From: Candidatus Micrarchaeota archaeon
Lineage (GTDB): Archaea; B1Sed10-29; JAJSAI01
DNA length: 64,000 bases
Reading direction: 5' to 3'
Assembly: GCA_964625085.1 (NCBI GenBank)
Contig: CAZVAJ010000003.1
Span: forward strand, 16,868 to 80,867
The notes below the pieces were generated by a model, which made no database searches, had not been told where the DNA came from, and worked only from the letters and a program-made list of their open reading frames with translations. How positions within the stretch are numbered: the first letter of the stretch is position 1; each line of letters opens with the position of its first letter. This document shows positions 29,246-39,237 of the stretch, in pieces. A program made the position numbers and the translations under genes.

Positions 29246-30079
29246 TTGCCAACCAATGTTGGCTACGAGTATGTTATTGCAGAGAAGAAATACCTTGAAG
29301 CAAAAACTGTAGAGGATAAACTGAAAGCACTTGATGAGATGCTCTCAGCTGTCCCGAAACACAAGGGCACAGAAGTCCTCAGAATGCAACTTCTTCAAAG
29401 AAGAACAAAACTCAAAAAGGAACTTGAAAGACAGAAAAAAGCAAAAAAAAGTGGAAGAAGTTTAGGAATAAAGAAACAAGGATTCCAGATTGTCATAATC
29501 GGCCCTCCGAACTCAGGGAAGTCTTCTTTACTGGCAAAACTGACAAACGCCAAACCAAAAATTGCAGAGTATCCTTTTACAACAACAAAACCAGAAGTAG
29601 GGATGATGGATCTTGAAGGTGCAAAAATCCAAGTGGTAGAAGTGCCTGCCCTTCTTCCCAACGCAGGGGAAAACCAAGCCGAGTTAATGTCAATAATACT
29701 GAATGCAGATGCCATCATCCTCCTATTCAACAAGGAGGATGAAAGAGAGTATATCAAAAAAGAACTTGACGAGTTCGGCATAAAAAAGCCGATCATAGAA
29801 ACTAATCAAATAGACCAAATAAAAAAAGAACATATACTGAAACGCTTCAATCTGATCAGGGTTTACACAAAAGAACCTGGAGAAGAAGCTAACCTAAAAG
29901 AGCCATTAATCCTGAAAAAGGGAGCCACTGTACTAGATGCTGCGAAGAAGATCCACAAAGATTTTTACAAGAATCTCGCTTACGCTAGGATTTGGGGTTC
30001 TAGCAAGTTCCCAGGACAACGAGTAGAAAAGGAGTATGTATTATCAGACAGAGACACTATCGAGTTTCACACAAAATAA
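29246..30079 (+). CDS. OBG/DRG-family GTPase with TGS domain
   Basis: PKHKGTE, GPPNSGKS, YPFTT, IRVYTKEPG, ARIWG. Confidence 0.88.
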   Translation: MPTNVGYEYVIAEKKYLEAKTVEDKLKALDEMLSAVPKHKGTEVLRMQLLQRRTKLKKELERQKKAKKSGRSLGIKKQGFQIVIIGPPNSGKSSLLAKLTNAKPKIAEYPFTTTKPEVGMMDLEGAKIQVVEVPALLPNAGENQAELMSIILNADAIILLFNKEDEREYIKKELDEFGIKKPIIETNQIDQIKKEHILKRFNLIRVYTKEPGEEANLKEPLILKKGATVLDAAKKIHKDFYKNLAYARIWGSSKFPGQRVEKEYVLSDRDTIEFHTK

Positions 30080-30099
30080 AAAGAAAGGAAGGAAAGGGC

Positions 30100-30519
30100 T
30101 TAGCGCCTTCTCCTTTTGGTTGTCTTTCTTTTGGTTGCCTTTCGCTTGGTTGTTTTCTTCTTAGTTGTCTTCTTTTTCTTTGTTGTTCTCCGTTTAGTGG
30201 TCTTTTTCTTCCTTCTAACAACCTTTTTCTTCTTCTTTGCAGTCTTTTTCTTCTTTTCTTCTAGCTTTCTTATTCCAAGCTTCTTTACCCTCGGTTTCCA
30301 AACTTTAGCACTCATCCACTCAGGAGCATTCTCTGGAGCACTCACTTTCTCTCTTGATCCAACATAGATGTGAATCTTCTTCGTGCCCCTTTCCCTTAGT
30401 TCTATTTTCTTAAGTCCCCTGCTAGCTGCTTTGAGTGCGGCTTGCCTTGGGCTCCTTCCAGTGTACACATGTTGTGTGTCACGGCCGTTTTGAACAAGTA
30501 CAAAGTACCTCTTCTCCAT
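30100..30519 (-). CDS. non-histone chromosomal protein MC1 with K/R/T-rich C-terminal tail
   Basis: RYFVL, YTGRSPRQAALKAASRG, LRERGTKKIHIY, APEWM...WKPRVKKLG. GGAGGT SD before ATG 30519. Confidence 0.9.
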   Translation of the reverse strand: MEKRYFVLVQNGRDTQHVYTGRSPRQAALKAASRGLKKIELRERGTKKIHIYVGSREKVSAPENAPEWMSAKVWKPRVKKLGIRKLEEKKKKTAKKKKKVVRRKKKTTKRRTTKKKKTTKKKTTKRKATKRKTTKRRRR

Positions 30520-30676
30520 CCACATTACCTCCGCAAGTTTTTTACTGTATGTGGAAAAAACCGTTACCCCTTTATAAACCTTTCGTTCAAAACCATTAGC
30601 CCAAAAAGAGGGGTTGTATTGCTTGTGCATTTTTTAAAGGCCATCTTATAAATAGGAGTAGGGAGAGTATATTACC

Positions 30677-31495
30677 ATGCGACCAGAAACAGAAGCTCTA
30701 AAAAAGCTGAAGAAAAAGGACATAAACAAGATGGTCAAAAAAGCGATAAGACCACGGGTGGATAAAGAAAAACTTTTGCTCAGCAGACAACTAGAGCAGA
30801 CTAATAAAGAACTGTACAAGCTTTACAAATCTAAAAATTTCCTAATACAACTACCAAACGAAAAAGAAGCCCTCAAGCTCTTTCTTGAAATCGGGACAAT
30901 GCTGAAAAGAACCAAATACACCCCTAGTGAGTATGAGGTTTACCATTTTGTAGAAGCCGTGCACAGAGCAGGAGTAAACGTTTCAGATGTAGAGGCAGAA
31001 CTGAAAAAGATTGACCAACTTGCACCAAACGCTAAAGAAAGGGACAAACTAAAATCAAAGTACCTGCGAGCCCTTTTTGGATTTTACAAAACCACTGGGT
31101 TGACTGGAAAAGAACTTGCAGAATACACCTCAGAAGAAATATTAAGGATAAAAGGAAAACACACCGCAGGCATATCCACACAGATAAGAAAAGCAGAACA
31201 AAAAGCACAGGAGTCAATGACAAAAATGGGCATAACAGACTCTGAACTAGAACAGATCATACGCAAATTAGAAAGACACGGAAGAAGCGTGAAACTGGGA
31301 AACATACCTTCAAAAATAGAACAACTGCAAGAGATTAATCCCTTGTACGCAGATCAAGCTAAAAGGATGATATCTGAAAACTTGAAAACTTCCCTCTCAT
31401 CAGGAAGATTCAGCGATGAAACAATAAAAGTGCTTGAAAAAAGGCTTGATGCCATGATAAAAGAAGCAAAAGCAAGAAAAGAAAAGGGTTATTGA
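30677..31495 (+). CDS. hypothetical basic helical protein
   Basis: 272-aa ORF with TTATAAAT about 25 nt upstream. Confidence 0.65.
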   Translation: MRPETEALKKLKKKDINKMVKKAIRPRVDKEKLLLSRQLEQTNKELYKLYKSKNFLIQLPNEKEALKLFLEIGTMLKRTKYTPSEYEVYHFVEAVHRAGVNVSDVEAELKKIDQLAPNAKERDKLKSKYLRALFGFYKTTGLTGKELAEYTSEEILRIKGKHTAGISTQIRKAEQKAQESMTKMGITDSELEQIIRKLERHGRSVKLGNIPSKIEQLQEINPLYADQAKRMISENLKTSLSSGRFSDETIKVLEKRLDAMIKEAKARKEKGY

Positions 31496-31905
31496 ACAGG
31501 TATGATCCTCCCTGAGCTTTTCTTCTTTTTCTTTGGAAGCCTGATCTCAAGCACGCCGTTTTTGAACGTGCTCTTTGCTTTCTTGCAGTCCACTTCCACT
31601 GGAAGGGAAATACCCCTCTTAAAGGAAGAAGCAGACCTTTCAGCATAGTAATATCCCTCTTTCTTTTTTGATGTCTTCTCAGAAACTTTCGCGCTTATCT
31701 CAATATAGTCCCCTGAACAGTTTATTTTAACATCCTCCTTTTTCACTCCAGGCAGATCAAGGGTTATCACAATTTCCTTACCATTGTCAAACATGTCCAT
31801 TGCAGGTATAGAAACGCCTGCAGAAAACTTGGGAAATTTCTTATAGTACGACAAAAACCTGTTGAAATCCTGCTGTATTTCTTCAAAAGGATCCCAGTAC
31901 ACCAT
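31489..31905 (-). CDS. small heat shock protein Hsp20
   Basis: WDPFEE, DLPGVKKEDV, FKNGVLEIRLPK, C-terminal IPV motif. Confidence 0.93.
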   Translation of the reverse strand: MVYWDPFEEIQQDFNRFLSYYKKFPKFSAGVSIPAMDMFDNGKEIVITLDLPGVKKEDVKINCSGDYIEISAKVSEKTSKKKEGYYYAERSASSFKRGISLPVEVDCKKAKSTFKNGVLEIRLPKKKKKSSGRIIPVQ

Positions 31906-31959
31906 AATCACCTGCAGATAAAAAGCTGAAAAATAATAAAAACTTTTCTCAGAGGAAAT

Positions 31960-32595
31960 CTATCCCAAAAAAACTTCTGCCCATGACAATGAATGCTTCG
32001 TGTCCCTCATAGACTCCACTCTAAATAACCTTTTTCCAGATTCCATTTTAAATAATAATACTCCATCAGCAAAGTACTTAAGCGTGTTTACATGATCTGA
32101 AGGATGAACGCCTTCTTCAACAACAATAAGAGACACACACCGTTTCGTGCGCAAAAAAGAGGTGAATAACTCAAAAAACCTGAAGACAGAACGCGGTTCG
32201 CAGTACAGCAAAAAGTCGGTAATCGAATCAAAAACCACTCTTCCAACGTTCCCGTCTATTCTCTGCAACCTGACACTCTCTTTTATCAAGTTATAAAGAC
32301 TGTTAAGATCAAGCAATGATCTGATACTGAACTCACTAGCAGGCTTTCTGGAAATTCTCCAGGAATAACAATCAACTATCTGAACGTCAGAAAGTTTTAT
32401 TTCTGATGGTGGACAATACGTCTCAATATAAACACCTTTCTGACCCTGTTCCTGTGCCTTCAAAAGGAATCTTTTGGCTATTGTCGTTTTCCCAGTTCCG
32501 GGAGGACCTACCATCAGCACTGCTGATGGAATGGGAAACCCCCCTGAAAGAGCATTGTCTATTTCAAGAAATCCTGTCCCCACCCTCGCCGTCAT
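31960..32595 (-). CDS. single-domain KaiC/RAD55-like ATPase
   Basis: TGFLEIDNALSGG, GPPGTGKT, IVDCYS, VFDSIT, ADGV. Confidence 0.85.
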   Translation of the reverse strand: MTARVGTGFLEIDNALSGGFPIPSAVLMVGPPGTGKTTIAKRFLLKAQEQGQKGVYIETYCPPSEIKLSDVQIVDCYSWRISRKPASEFSIRSLLDLNSLYNLIKESVRLQRIDGNVGRVVFDSITDFLLYCEPRSVFRFFELFTSFLRTKRCVSLIVVEEGVHPSDHVNTLKYFADGVLLFKMESGKRLFRVESMRDTKHSLSWAEVFLG

Positions 32596-32684
32596 CAAAG
32601 TAGTTAAACGCTTGAGTTTTATAAAATATTTAACAGCCCTACAAAACGAAATATTTTTATTAGAACCTGTCTTGTGTTAAATTC

Positions 32685-33920
32685 ATGAGTGTCCACATAA
32701 AGGCAGGAACAGGATTTGCGTCAGGAAAAGATGCTGGAAAAAAGGCAGCGTTACAGGCCCTAAAAAACGCAGGAGTAAAAGAATGCAATTTTGTCGTAGT
32801 ATACTCTTCACCTAGTCTCAACCTGAAGGAAGTAGTGAAACAAGTGTCAGACGTCACAGAAAACGCTCCACTGTTCGGGTGCACTTCAGCCGGAAACATA
32901 ACAGAAAAAGGCTTGTGGGAGAACAGTGTCTCTGTCATGGTTGTAAACTCGTCTTACTTCAGAGTAGGAGTTGGTATAGGTGAAAACGTAAGAAAGGAGC
33001 CTGTTGAAGCCGGCAGAAAAGCAGCTCGACAGGCTTCTGCACTATTAAAGAATGATCCTCGAATAAGATCGCTTGCCATGTTCCAAAAACCTGCTGGAGA
33101 GTACGCACGACTACCCCCTTTTATCGCGTTAACCGCTATTGACGGACTATCAGGCCAGGAAGAAAGAGTACTGGAAGGAATACAGGAAGGGCTTGGATTC
33201 AGCCCTATTTTTGGAGGTTCTGCAGGAGATGACTTAAACTTAAAGCAGACAATGGTTTTCTGTAACGGCGAGATATATTCTGACGCGGTCACTGTCGCGC
33301 TCATCTCAACAGACTTTTACACACAAATAGGCTCATCCCACGGCTGGGTCACAAGTAACAAGTCAGTTGTCGTCACGAAAGCAAAAGGGCGAAAAGTCAT
33401 AGAGTTTAACGGTAGACCTGCAGCAGAAGAATACTCCAGAATGCTGGGCAAAAGCCAGAATGAACTGATAAAAGAAAGAAATATCGCATTCGGGACCGGG
33501 CTGAAGTATCCTTTTGGGGTTCAAGACATAACTGGAAAAATATGGCTCAGGCATCCATTCAGAGTGAACAAGGACGGTTCCATAGACTTTTTCGCTGCCA
33601 TACCTGAGAAAACGGTTCTGCTGCTTATGGAAGGAACTCCCGAAGGCCTTTTACACGCAGGAAGCCAGCTGGCAGAGGACGTCACAGCCGAACTAAACGG
33701 AAAGCCAGCAGTAGCGTTCGTGTTCAATTGCGTGGCAAGAAAGGTGTTCTTAGGCGAGAAAGCTGCTGAGGAAATCAGAAGCATTTATAACACGGTAAAA
33801 TGCCCGATGATCGGGTTTTACACTTACGGAGAACAATCTCCGACAGGAAGCGGAATGAGCTACCACAAGAACCAAACAATCAACCTACTCCTCGTTTCGG
33901 ACAAGCTCATAACAGGATAA
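32685..33920 (+). CDS. FIST domain signal protein
   Basis: GCTSAG, FGGSAGD, FNGRPA, NCVAR, GFYTYGEQ, HKNQT. Confidence 0.9.
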   Translation: MSVHIKAGTGFASGKDAGKKAALQALKNAGVKECNFVVVYSSPSLNLKEVVKQVSDVTENAPLFGCTSAGNITEKGLWENSVSVMVVNSSYFRVGVGIGENVRKEPVEAGRKAARQASALLKNDPRIRSLAMFQKPAGEYARLPPFIALTAIDGLSGQEERVLEGIQEGLGFSPIFGGSAGDDLNLKQTMVFCNGEIYSDAVTVALISTDFYTQIGSSHGWVTSNKSVVVTKAKGRKVIEFNGRPAAEEYSRMLGKSQNELIKERNIAFGTGLKYPFGVQDITGKIWLRHPFRVNKDGSIDFFAAIPEKTVLLLMEGTPEGLLHAGSQLAEDVTAELNGKPAVAFVFNCVARKVFLGEKAAEEIRSIYNTVKCPMIGFYTYGEQSPTGSGMSYHKNQTINLLLVSDKLITG

Positions 33921-34112
33921 GCAAACATGAAAAGCATGAAAAAGAGCTTCCACTCTATATGCCTATTGTAGCACCTCATTTTTCCTGTGACGAATAGGTA
34001 TAATAAAAGTATTTTCCTAATAGGAAAAGATGGCTCGTGGGAAAAAACGCAGGGCTTTTGCGGAGAGCTTAAAACGCAAGAAAGAACGACTCAAAAGGAG
34101 AGTGCAATTCAT

Positions 34113-35111
34113 ATGATAAAAAAGACAAAAACATCCCTTGCCAAAAAAACAGGTAGGAAAGAAAGGATAAAAAGAAAAATCCAGCTTATTAAAGAGAAGA
34201 TAAAAGCAAGTAAAGGACAGAACGTAGAAGTCATCGTAATAAACAAAAAGTACAAGGATTATTTTTACAGAGGGACATGGAAACTTCCTGGCGCGCTAAC
34301 AAAAGTTGAAGAAGGCACAAGATTAAAAGAAAAAAGCGGGCATGGGGCGTTCCCCACTTACGCAATGAAAAATACAGAAACTAGAAAAGAACCCTCTGAG
34401 ATCCAGATAACTGGAGGAGCCCCTTTAGTAGTAAAACCATACACATTCAAAGACCCCAATGCTAAAAAGATAAGAACAGAATTTGAAAACACACTAAAAG
34501 CTTATGAATACAAGATAAGCAATGTTGAACCCATTGGGATAGTAGTGGACCAAAAAACAAAAACAGGATACATTTACACACTTGCCAATACAGCAGGAGT
34601 CCCACTTTCAAGGATAAGATACAATATCCTTCCTGAAAAGCGGAGGAGCATGATCCTAACAGAAATGGCCCGACAGATGCGGGGCTGGCATGATAAAGGA
34701 TTCCTCCACAATGATGCCAAGCTTAAGAATTTTCTGTATGATAACATCCAAAGCAGGATAAAAATCCACCCGAATGAACTGGAAAAGCCAGACAGAGAGA
34801 TTCTGCAAATGAGGATAGGTGAACACGGCAAGACAAAATCAAAAGAAAAGATAAGAATAGAACCAATAGACCTAGAAAACTCAAAATTCCTCACCAAAAG
34901 CGCCAGCCCGAGGGACAGAGGATTTGATCTTGCAATGTTCGTTGGAGACGCTATATACCATGGGATGATCAAAAGCAAGAAAGACCTGAAGACTTTTCTG
35001 GAAAGCTATGACCCTGGGAACTCAGAATTCTGGGTCCAGGAACTCAAGAGCAGAGTAAAAGAGCACAAGAGAGATTCCGTGATTCAGAATATAAAAAGAA
35101 TTCTAAAATGA
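34113..35111 (+). CDS. protein-kinase-like (Kdo/WaaP-like) orphan with basic N-terminus
   Basis: LVVKPY, HDKGFLHNDAKLKNFL catalytic loop, IDLE, FDLAMF. Confidence 0.7.
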   Translation: MIKKTKTSLAKKTGRKERIKRKIQLIKEKIKASKGQNVEVIVINKKYKDYFYRGTWKLPGALTKVEEGTRLKEKSGHGAFPTYAMKNTETRKEPSEIQITGGAPLVVKPYTFKDPNAKKIRTEFENTLKAYEYKISNVEPIGIVVDQKTKTGYIYTLANTAGVPLSRIRYNILPEKRRSMILTEMARQMRGWHDKGFLHNDAKLKNFLYDNIQSRIKIHPNELEKPDREILQMRIGEHGKTKSKEKIRIEPIDLENSKFLTKSASPRDRGFDLAMFVGDAIYHGMIKSKKDLKTFLESYDPGNSEFWVQELKSRVKEHKRDSVIQNIKRILK

Positions 35112-35119
35112 TGCTCTAA

Positions 35120-35248
35120 AGCCTCGGGTGGGATTCGAACCCACGACCTGCTGCTCTCTCGATCCTCTTTAAGGGAAGAGGATAGAAGGAGAAACCGTAA
35201 GGTGTCTCCTCTTACGAGGCAGCCGCACTGCCACTGTGCTACCGAGGC
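35120..35248 (-). tRNA. tRNA-Thr(CGT) with 57-nt intron at 37/38 (intron 35156-35212)
   Basis: GCCTCGG/CCGAGGC acceptor, GCTGC/GCAGC anticodon stem, CT-CGT-A loop, central CTCG/CGAG helix of a BHB-type motif. Confidence 0.92.
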
Positions 35249-35262
35249 AATCTGGCATATGA

Positions 35263-35694
35263 TTATGATTTTAGGAACAAAAAGAATTTTAAGGCTTCTT
35301 TCTGGTCATCGTACGTGAGTCTGTTCAAGGCTTCCTCTGGGCTCACCCACGCATAGCCAGAGTGTTCCCTTTCATCTATACTAACTGGACCCCCATCGTG
35401 CTCTACAGAATAAAGCATCAGCCTGGCCCCCTTCCAAGTTCCACCGTCTTTTGGTAAGGGCTCTGGCCATTTGTACTGTATTATGTAATCCAGCTTCTTG
35501 TACCTGGGTTTCTTGATCCCCACTTCTTCCATGAGCTCTCTGCGCAGACATTCCTCTTCTGTTTCCCTTGGAAGCATTCCTCCTTTTGGAAGCTCCCAGC
35601 CAGTCCAATTCAAATGCCTGCGTAGCAGAAGAACTTCCATACTACTGTTCTTCCTGCGCCACACGATCGCGCAGATCCCAGGCCGGTAGTCCAT
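35263..35694 (-). CDS. NUDIX hydrolase
   Basis: GGMLPRETEEECLRRELMEEVG Nudix box. Confidence 0.92.
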   Translation of the reverse strand: MDYRPGICAIVWRRKNSSMEVLLLRRHLNWTGWELPKGGMLPRETEEECLRRELMEEVGIKKPRYKKLDYIIQYKWPEPLPKDGGTWKGARLMLYSVEHDGGPVSIDEREHSGYAWVSPEEALNRLTYDDQKEALKFFLFLKS

Positions 35695-35759
35695 ATCTGA
35701 TTCTCCTTTTTTGATTGATAGCAAGAGGATTTTAATATTTCTTTTGATGTATATCTAAT

Positions 35760-36632
35760 ATGAAAAAAATAAAAAGAGGTAAGGTTGGGAGCTGGTACGA
35801 GACAGAGATAAGAGAACAAGAAAAACAGGTTCACAAAAAGCTAAAACAATCTGTATACGAGAATTACAACAAGAGGCTTGAAAAGTTTTTACTATGGCAG
35901 AAAAAAGAGATTGAACAGGAGTTCAAAAAGAAGTATAAGCGGACTCCTGAGTATCGTGTAACAATCACAAGAGACGGGCGCCTGCTTCTAAAAACAAACT
36001 TGAACAAAAAGGAAGAAGAGTACCTAAAACAAATTCTGCACAGGATCATTGACAAAGCAAGAGAACAGATTCCTGAAGTGAACAGGGTCATATATGAAAA
36101 CGTCAAACAAGCGATTCCTGAGAATGTTCCTGCCAGACAGAGGGCAGAAAAAATGACAGAAGTGTATGAGTACGGTGGAAGAACACTCTACACGCTGCAC
36201 AAAGAAGTTCCCTTAACAGAAGTACAAAAGGATTATTCCAAAATAATAAACCTATCCTTCAGAGCCTTCAAAAAAGGAGTTATCCTTGATGCCCACACGG
36301 GAAACTGGACTAAATCAAAAGACGGGAAGATAATGTACATTGACTTCGAGCCTCATTCAGTCACCCTCTCAAGAGGGCTGTTCAGGAAAAACGTGCCCCA
36401 AGAAAAGCTCGCGCTCAAGAAGTTTGCAGACTCCCTCCAGGAAATGCTGTACTTCGCGTTCATGGAACGGTCTGAAAAAGAAGGGGAAAGGGTCCTTCAC
36501 CACATACTAAAAGAGATCAAAGAAAATGCTTATTCTGAACTTTCGCCAGAACAAGCAGAAGAACTGCTAACAGACATGCAGATTTTCGCCAAGCGGATAA
36601 AAGCAAGAAAACACGCATTACGGAGGTCTTAA
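35760..36632 (+). CDS. orphan protein with kinase-like motifs and basic termini
   Basis: GVILDAHTGNW...IMYIDFE resembles the kinase catalytic loop and DFG. Confidence 0.55.
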   Translation: MKKIKRGKVGSWYETEIREQEKQVHKKLKQSVYENYNKRLEKFLLWQKKEIEQEFKKKYKRTPEYRVTITRDGRLLLKTNLNKKEEEYLKQILHRIIDKAREQIPEVNRVIYENVKQAIPENVPARQRAEKMTEVYEYGGRTLYTLHKEVPLTEVQKDYSKIINLSFRAFKKGVILDAHTGNWTKSKDGKIMYIDFEPHSVTLSRGLFRKNVPQEKLALKKFADSLQEMLYFAFMERSEKEGERVLHHILKEIKENAYSELSPEQAEELLTDMQIFAKRIKARKHALRRS

Positions 36633-37106
36633 CCACACCACAATAAGACCGAACAAAAGCAAGCCGCTAGCGTACACTGCTTTGGTCCATTCAAACGAGA
36701 AGTAGTGTAAGAGTATCGTAAACCCTAAGAAGAACATGAAAAGAGTTATCACATATTCGGTCATGCTGCCTGTTTTCAGCCCACCTATCCGTATCCTGGT
36801 TTTGCCAGGCCAGAACAGATGAATGCCTTCTGGAGTTAAAGAATCTCCAAGAACATGCGTAATAAAACCTATCAGAAACAATTGCGCAGGCATGAACCCA
36901 ACATTATCCGCTATCAACAAACCAACAATCCCTGCAAACCAGACGTTATGAAAAAGTTTTCTGTGAAGCCCTTTTATCCCAAGATCAAAATCGGGCAAAA
37001 AAGCCCCAAGAAGAACAAACAAGTAAGAAACCAGTGCAACATTCTTAACCATTAACACTAGCGAAAACGCAAACAAACTCAATGAGACGTGACCTGTCCT
37101 GTTCAT
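36618..37106 (-). CDS. YdjM-like membrane metal-dependent hydrolase
   Basis: GH, GAFLPDFD, HRKLFH, THVLGDSLT. Confidence 0.85.
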   Translation of the reverse strand: MNRTGHVSLSLFAFSLVLMVKNVALVSYLFVLLGAFLPDFDLGIKGLHRKLFHNVWFAGIVGLLIADNVGFMPAQLFLIGFITHVLGDSLTPEGIHLFWPGKTRIRIGGLKTGSMTEYVITLFMFFLGFTILLHYFSFEWTKAVYASGLLLFGLIVVWLRPP

Positions 37107-37178
37107 GCTACCCCCGTTTAATTCTAATAAACAAAAATAATAAAAAAGACACCGTAAGAAAAGAGTTAAGGTGGTATT

Positions 37179-37868
37179 ATGGTAAAACTTGTATTCTTAG
37201 GCGCCCCTGGAACAGGGAAAGGAACCTACTCTGAAAGAATAAGCCCAAAACTGGGAATACCTCACATAAGCACAGGAGATATATTCAGAGAAGCAGTTGC
37301 AAAAGGAACCGAACTCGGAAAAAAGGTCAAAGAGCATCTTGAAAATGGAACACTAGTTCCAGATGAAATAACAATACAGGTTCTAAAAGAAAGAATATCT
37401 GAACCTGACTGCAAGAACGGGTTCATACTCGACGGTTTTCCAAGAACTCTAGAACAAGCAAGAGCATTGGACCAAATAACTGATATTGATCTTGTGATAC
37501 TACTGGACCTGCCAGAAGATCTGATCATAAAAAAGCTTACAGGCAGGAGAGTATGCGAAAAATGCGGCAAGATATACAACGTAGCGGATATATCCTATGG
37601 AACTCTTAGAATGCCCCCTATGCTTCCAAAGAACCCTGGGGGGGTGTGCGATGAATGTGGAGGCAAGCTCATACAAAGAGAAGATGACACTGAAAAAGTT
37701 ATAAAAGACAGGCTTAGAGTGTACCACCAGCTTACTGAACCAATAATAGAATACTACAAGGAAAAAGGGAATCTCATGAAAGTAGAAGTGGATGCTCCTG
37801 CCGATGAAATGGCTGAAAAGATCCTAAAGAGGATAAAAGAGCGATTGAAGAATGAGAAACGATTATAA
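37179..37868 (+). CDS. adk: adenylate kinase (bacterial-type, Zn lid)
   Basis: GAPGTGKGT, HISTGDIFR, ILDGFPR, CxxC...CxxC lid. Confidence 0.95.
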   Translation: MVKLVFLGAPGTGKGTYSERISPKLGIPHISTGDIFREAVAKGTELGKKVKEHLENGTLVPDEITIQVLKERISEPDCKNGFILDGFPRTLEQARALDQITDIDLVILLDLPEDLIIKKLTGRRVCEKCGKIYNVADISYGTLRMPPMLPKNPGGVCDECGGKLIQREDDTEKVIKDRLRVYHQLTEPIIEYYKEKGNLMKVEVDAPADEMAEKILKRIKERLKNEKRL

Positions 37869-37916
37869 ACACCTTAAGACAGAAAAACAACTGAAAATAA
37901 CAAAGGAGGCATAACC

Positions 37917-39050
37917 TTGAAGTCCATCGTCACCGCATCTTTAAATGCTCACAAAAGCAAAAAGGCCCATAAGAAGACAACTCGCACAAGAGAGAGTAAA
38001 GAGCCCATAATGGAGGGCATAACAGACGAAGAACTTGAAAAAACCCTAAAAGAAAGTTCAGCCAGAATAAAGGTTGTAGGAACAGGGGGCTCAGGAAACA
38101 ACACAATATCACGTATGAGTGAGATCGGAATTTATGGTGCTGAACTCATCGCTGTAAATACCGATGCACAACACTTGCTAACGATCCCTGCAGACAAAAA
38201 AGTGCTAATAGGAAAAAAGCTCACTAACGGGCTTGGAGCAGGATCAAACCCCGAAGTCGGAGAAGCCGCAGCAAAAGAATCAAAGTCAGAAATTGAGAAA
38301 GTGTTAAAGAAAGGCAACCTTGTGTTCATCACATGCGGTTTAGGTGGTGGAACTGGAACAGGATCTGCCCCCGTAATAGCCCAGATAGCAAAAGAGCTGG
38401 GTGCACTAACAATCGGAATTGTCACCCTTCCGTTTTCTGTTGAAGGTAGAAGAAGACTAGAAAATGCTGTTGGGGGGCTTAAAAAACTGAAAAAATCTTG
38501 CGATACAGTAATAGTGATACCGAATGATAAACTGCTCGAGATTGTGCCAGAGCTCCCGTTGAACGCCGCGTTCAAAGTAGCTGACGAAGTACTTACAAAT
38601 GCGGTAAAAGGAATCACTGAAATGATAACAAAACCAGGACTAGTGAACTTAGACTTTGCAGATGTTAAAACCATCCTTGAGAACGGAGGCGCTGCAATGA
38701 TCGGGTTAGGAGAATCCAGCGCAGATTCCAGCTCAGAAACACGCGCACTAGAAGCCATAGAAGAAGCGCTTAATTCACCCCTTCTAGACGTAGATATATC
38801 AGAAGCTAACAAAGCCCTGATCAATGTTGTGGGAAGCCCTGACATGACCTTGAAAGAAGCTGAAATAATCTGTGAGGCCGTGGCAAGCAAGATAGACCAA
38901 AACTCGCACATAATCTGGGGAGCCATGGTATCAGAAGACATGCCGAGAAACACGATAAAAGCCATGATAGTCATCGCAGGAGGAAAAGTACCTTACTTCG
39001 ATATAGAACCGGGCGCAGGCCCTGACCTTGACATAGACTACGTGAAGTGA
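37917..39050 (+). CDS. ftsZ: cell division protein FtsZ
   Basis: [23 protein letters not shown] start with GGAGG SD. Confidence 0.97.
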   Translation: MKSIVTASLNAHKSKKAHKKTTRTRESKEPIMEGITDEELEKTLKESSARIKVVGTGGSGNNTISRMSEIGIYGAELIAVNTDAQHLLTIPADKKVLIGKKLTNGLGAGSNPEVGEAAAKESKSEIEKVLKKGNLVFITCGLGGGTGTGSAPVIAQIAKELGALTIGIVTLPFSVEGRRRLENAVGGLKKLKKSCDTVIVIPNDKLLEIVPELPLNAAFKVADEVLTNAVKGITEMITKPGLVNLDFADVKTILENGGAAMIGLGESSADSSSETRALEAIEEALNSPLLDVDISEANKALINVVGSPDMTLKEAEIICEAVASKIDQNSHIIWGAMVSEDMPRNTIKAMIVIAGGKVPYFDIEPGAGPDLDIDYVK

Positions 39051-39057
39051 CCGCATT

Positions 39058-39231
39058 ATGAAAGTAAATGCATTCATCAACAATTCTATTAGGATACTCA
39101 AACTTGCTAAAAAGCCCAGCAAGACAGAGTTTCAGCTCATAGCAAAGATAACTGGATTAGGCATTCTCCTACTTGGAGCAATAGGGTTCGTAATCCTTGC
39201 CATAAAACATGTGTTCCCACTCCTTGGGTGA
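39058..39231 (+). CDS. secE: protein translocase SecE/Sec61 gamma
   Basis: Manual translation MKVNAFINNSIRILKLAKKPSKTEFQLIAKITGLGILLLGAIGFVI..., ftsZ-secE-spt5 synteny. Below the ORF-track cutoff. Confidence 0.93.
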   Translation: MKVNAFINNSIRILKLAKKPSKTEFQLIAKITGLGILLLGAIGFVILAIKHVFPLLG

Positions 39232-39237
39232 TAAGTA

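Noticed and set aside
30100..30260. Low-complexity TTC/TTG-rich tract as a DNA repeat or CRISPR
   Set aside because: It is the coding sequence of the K/T-rich MC1 tail, with no fixed repeat-spacer periodicity.
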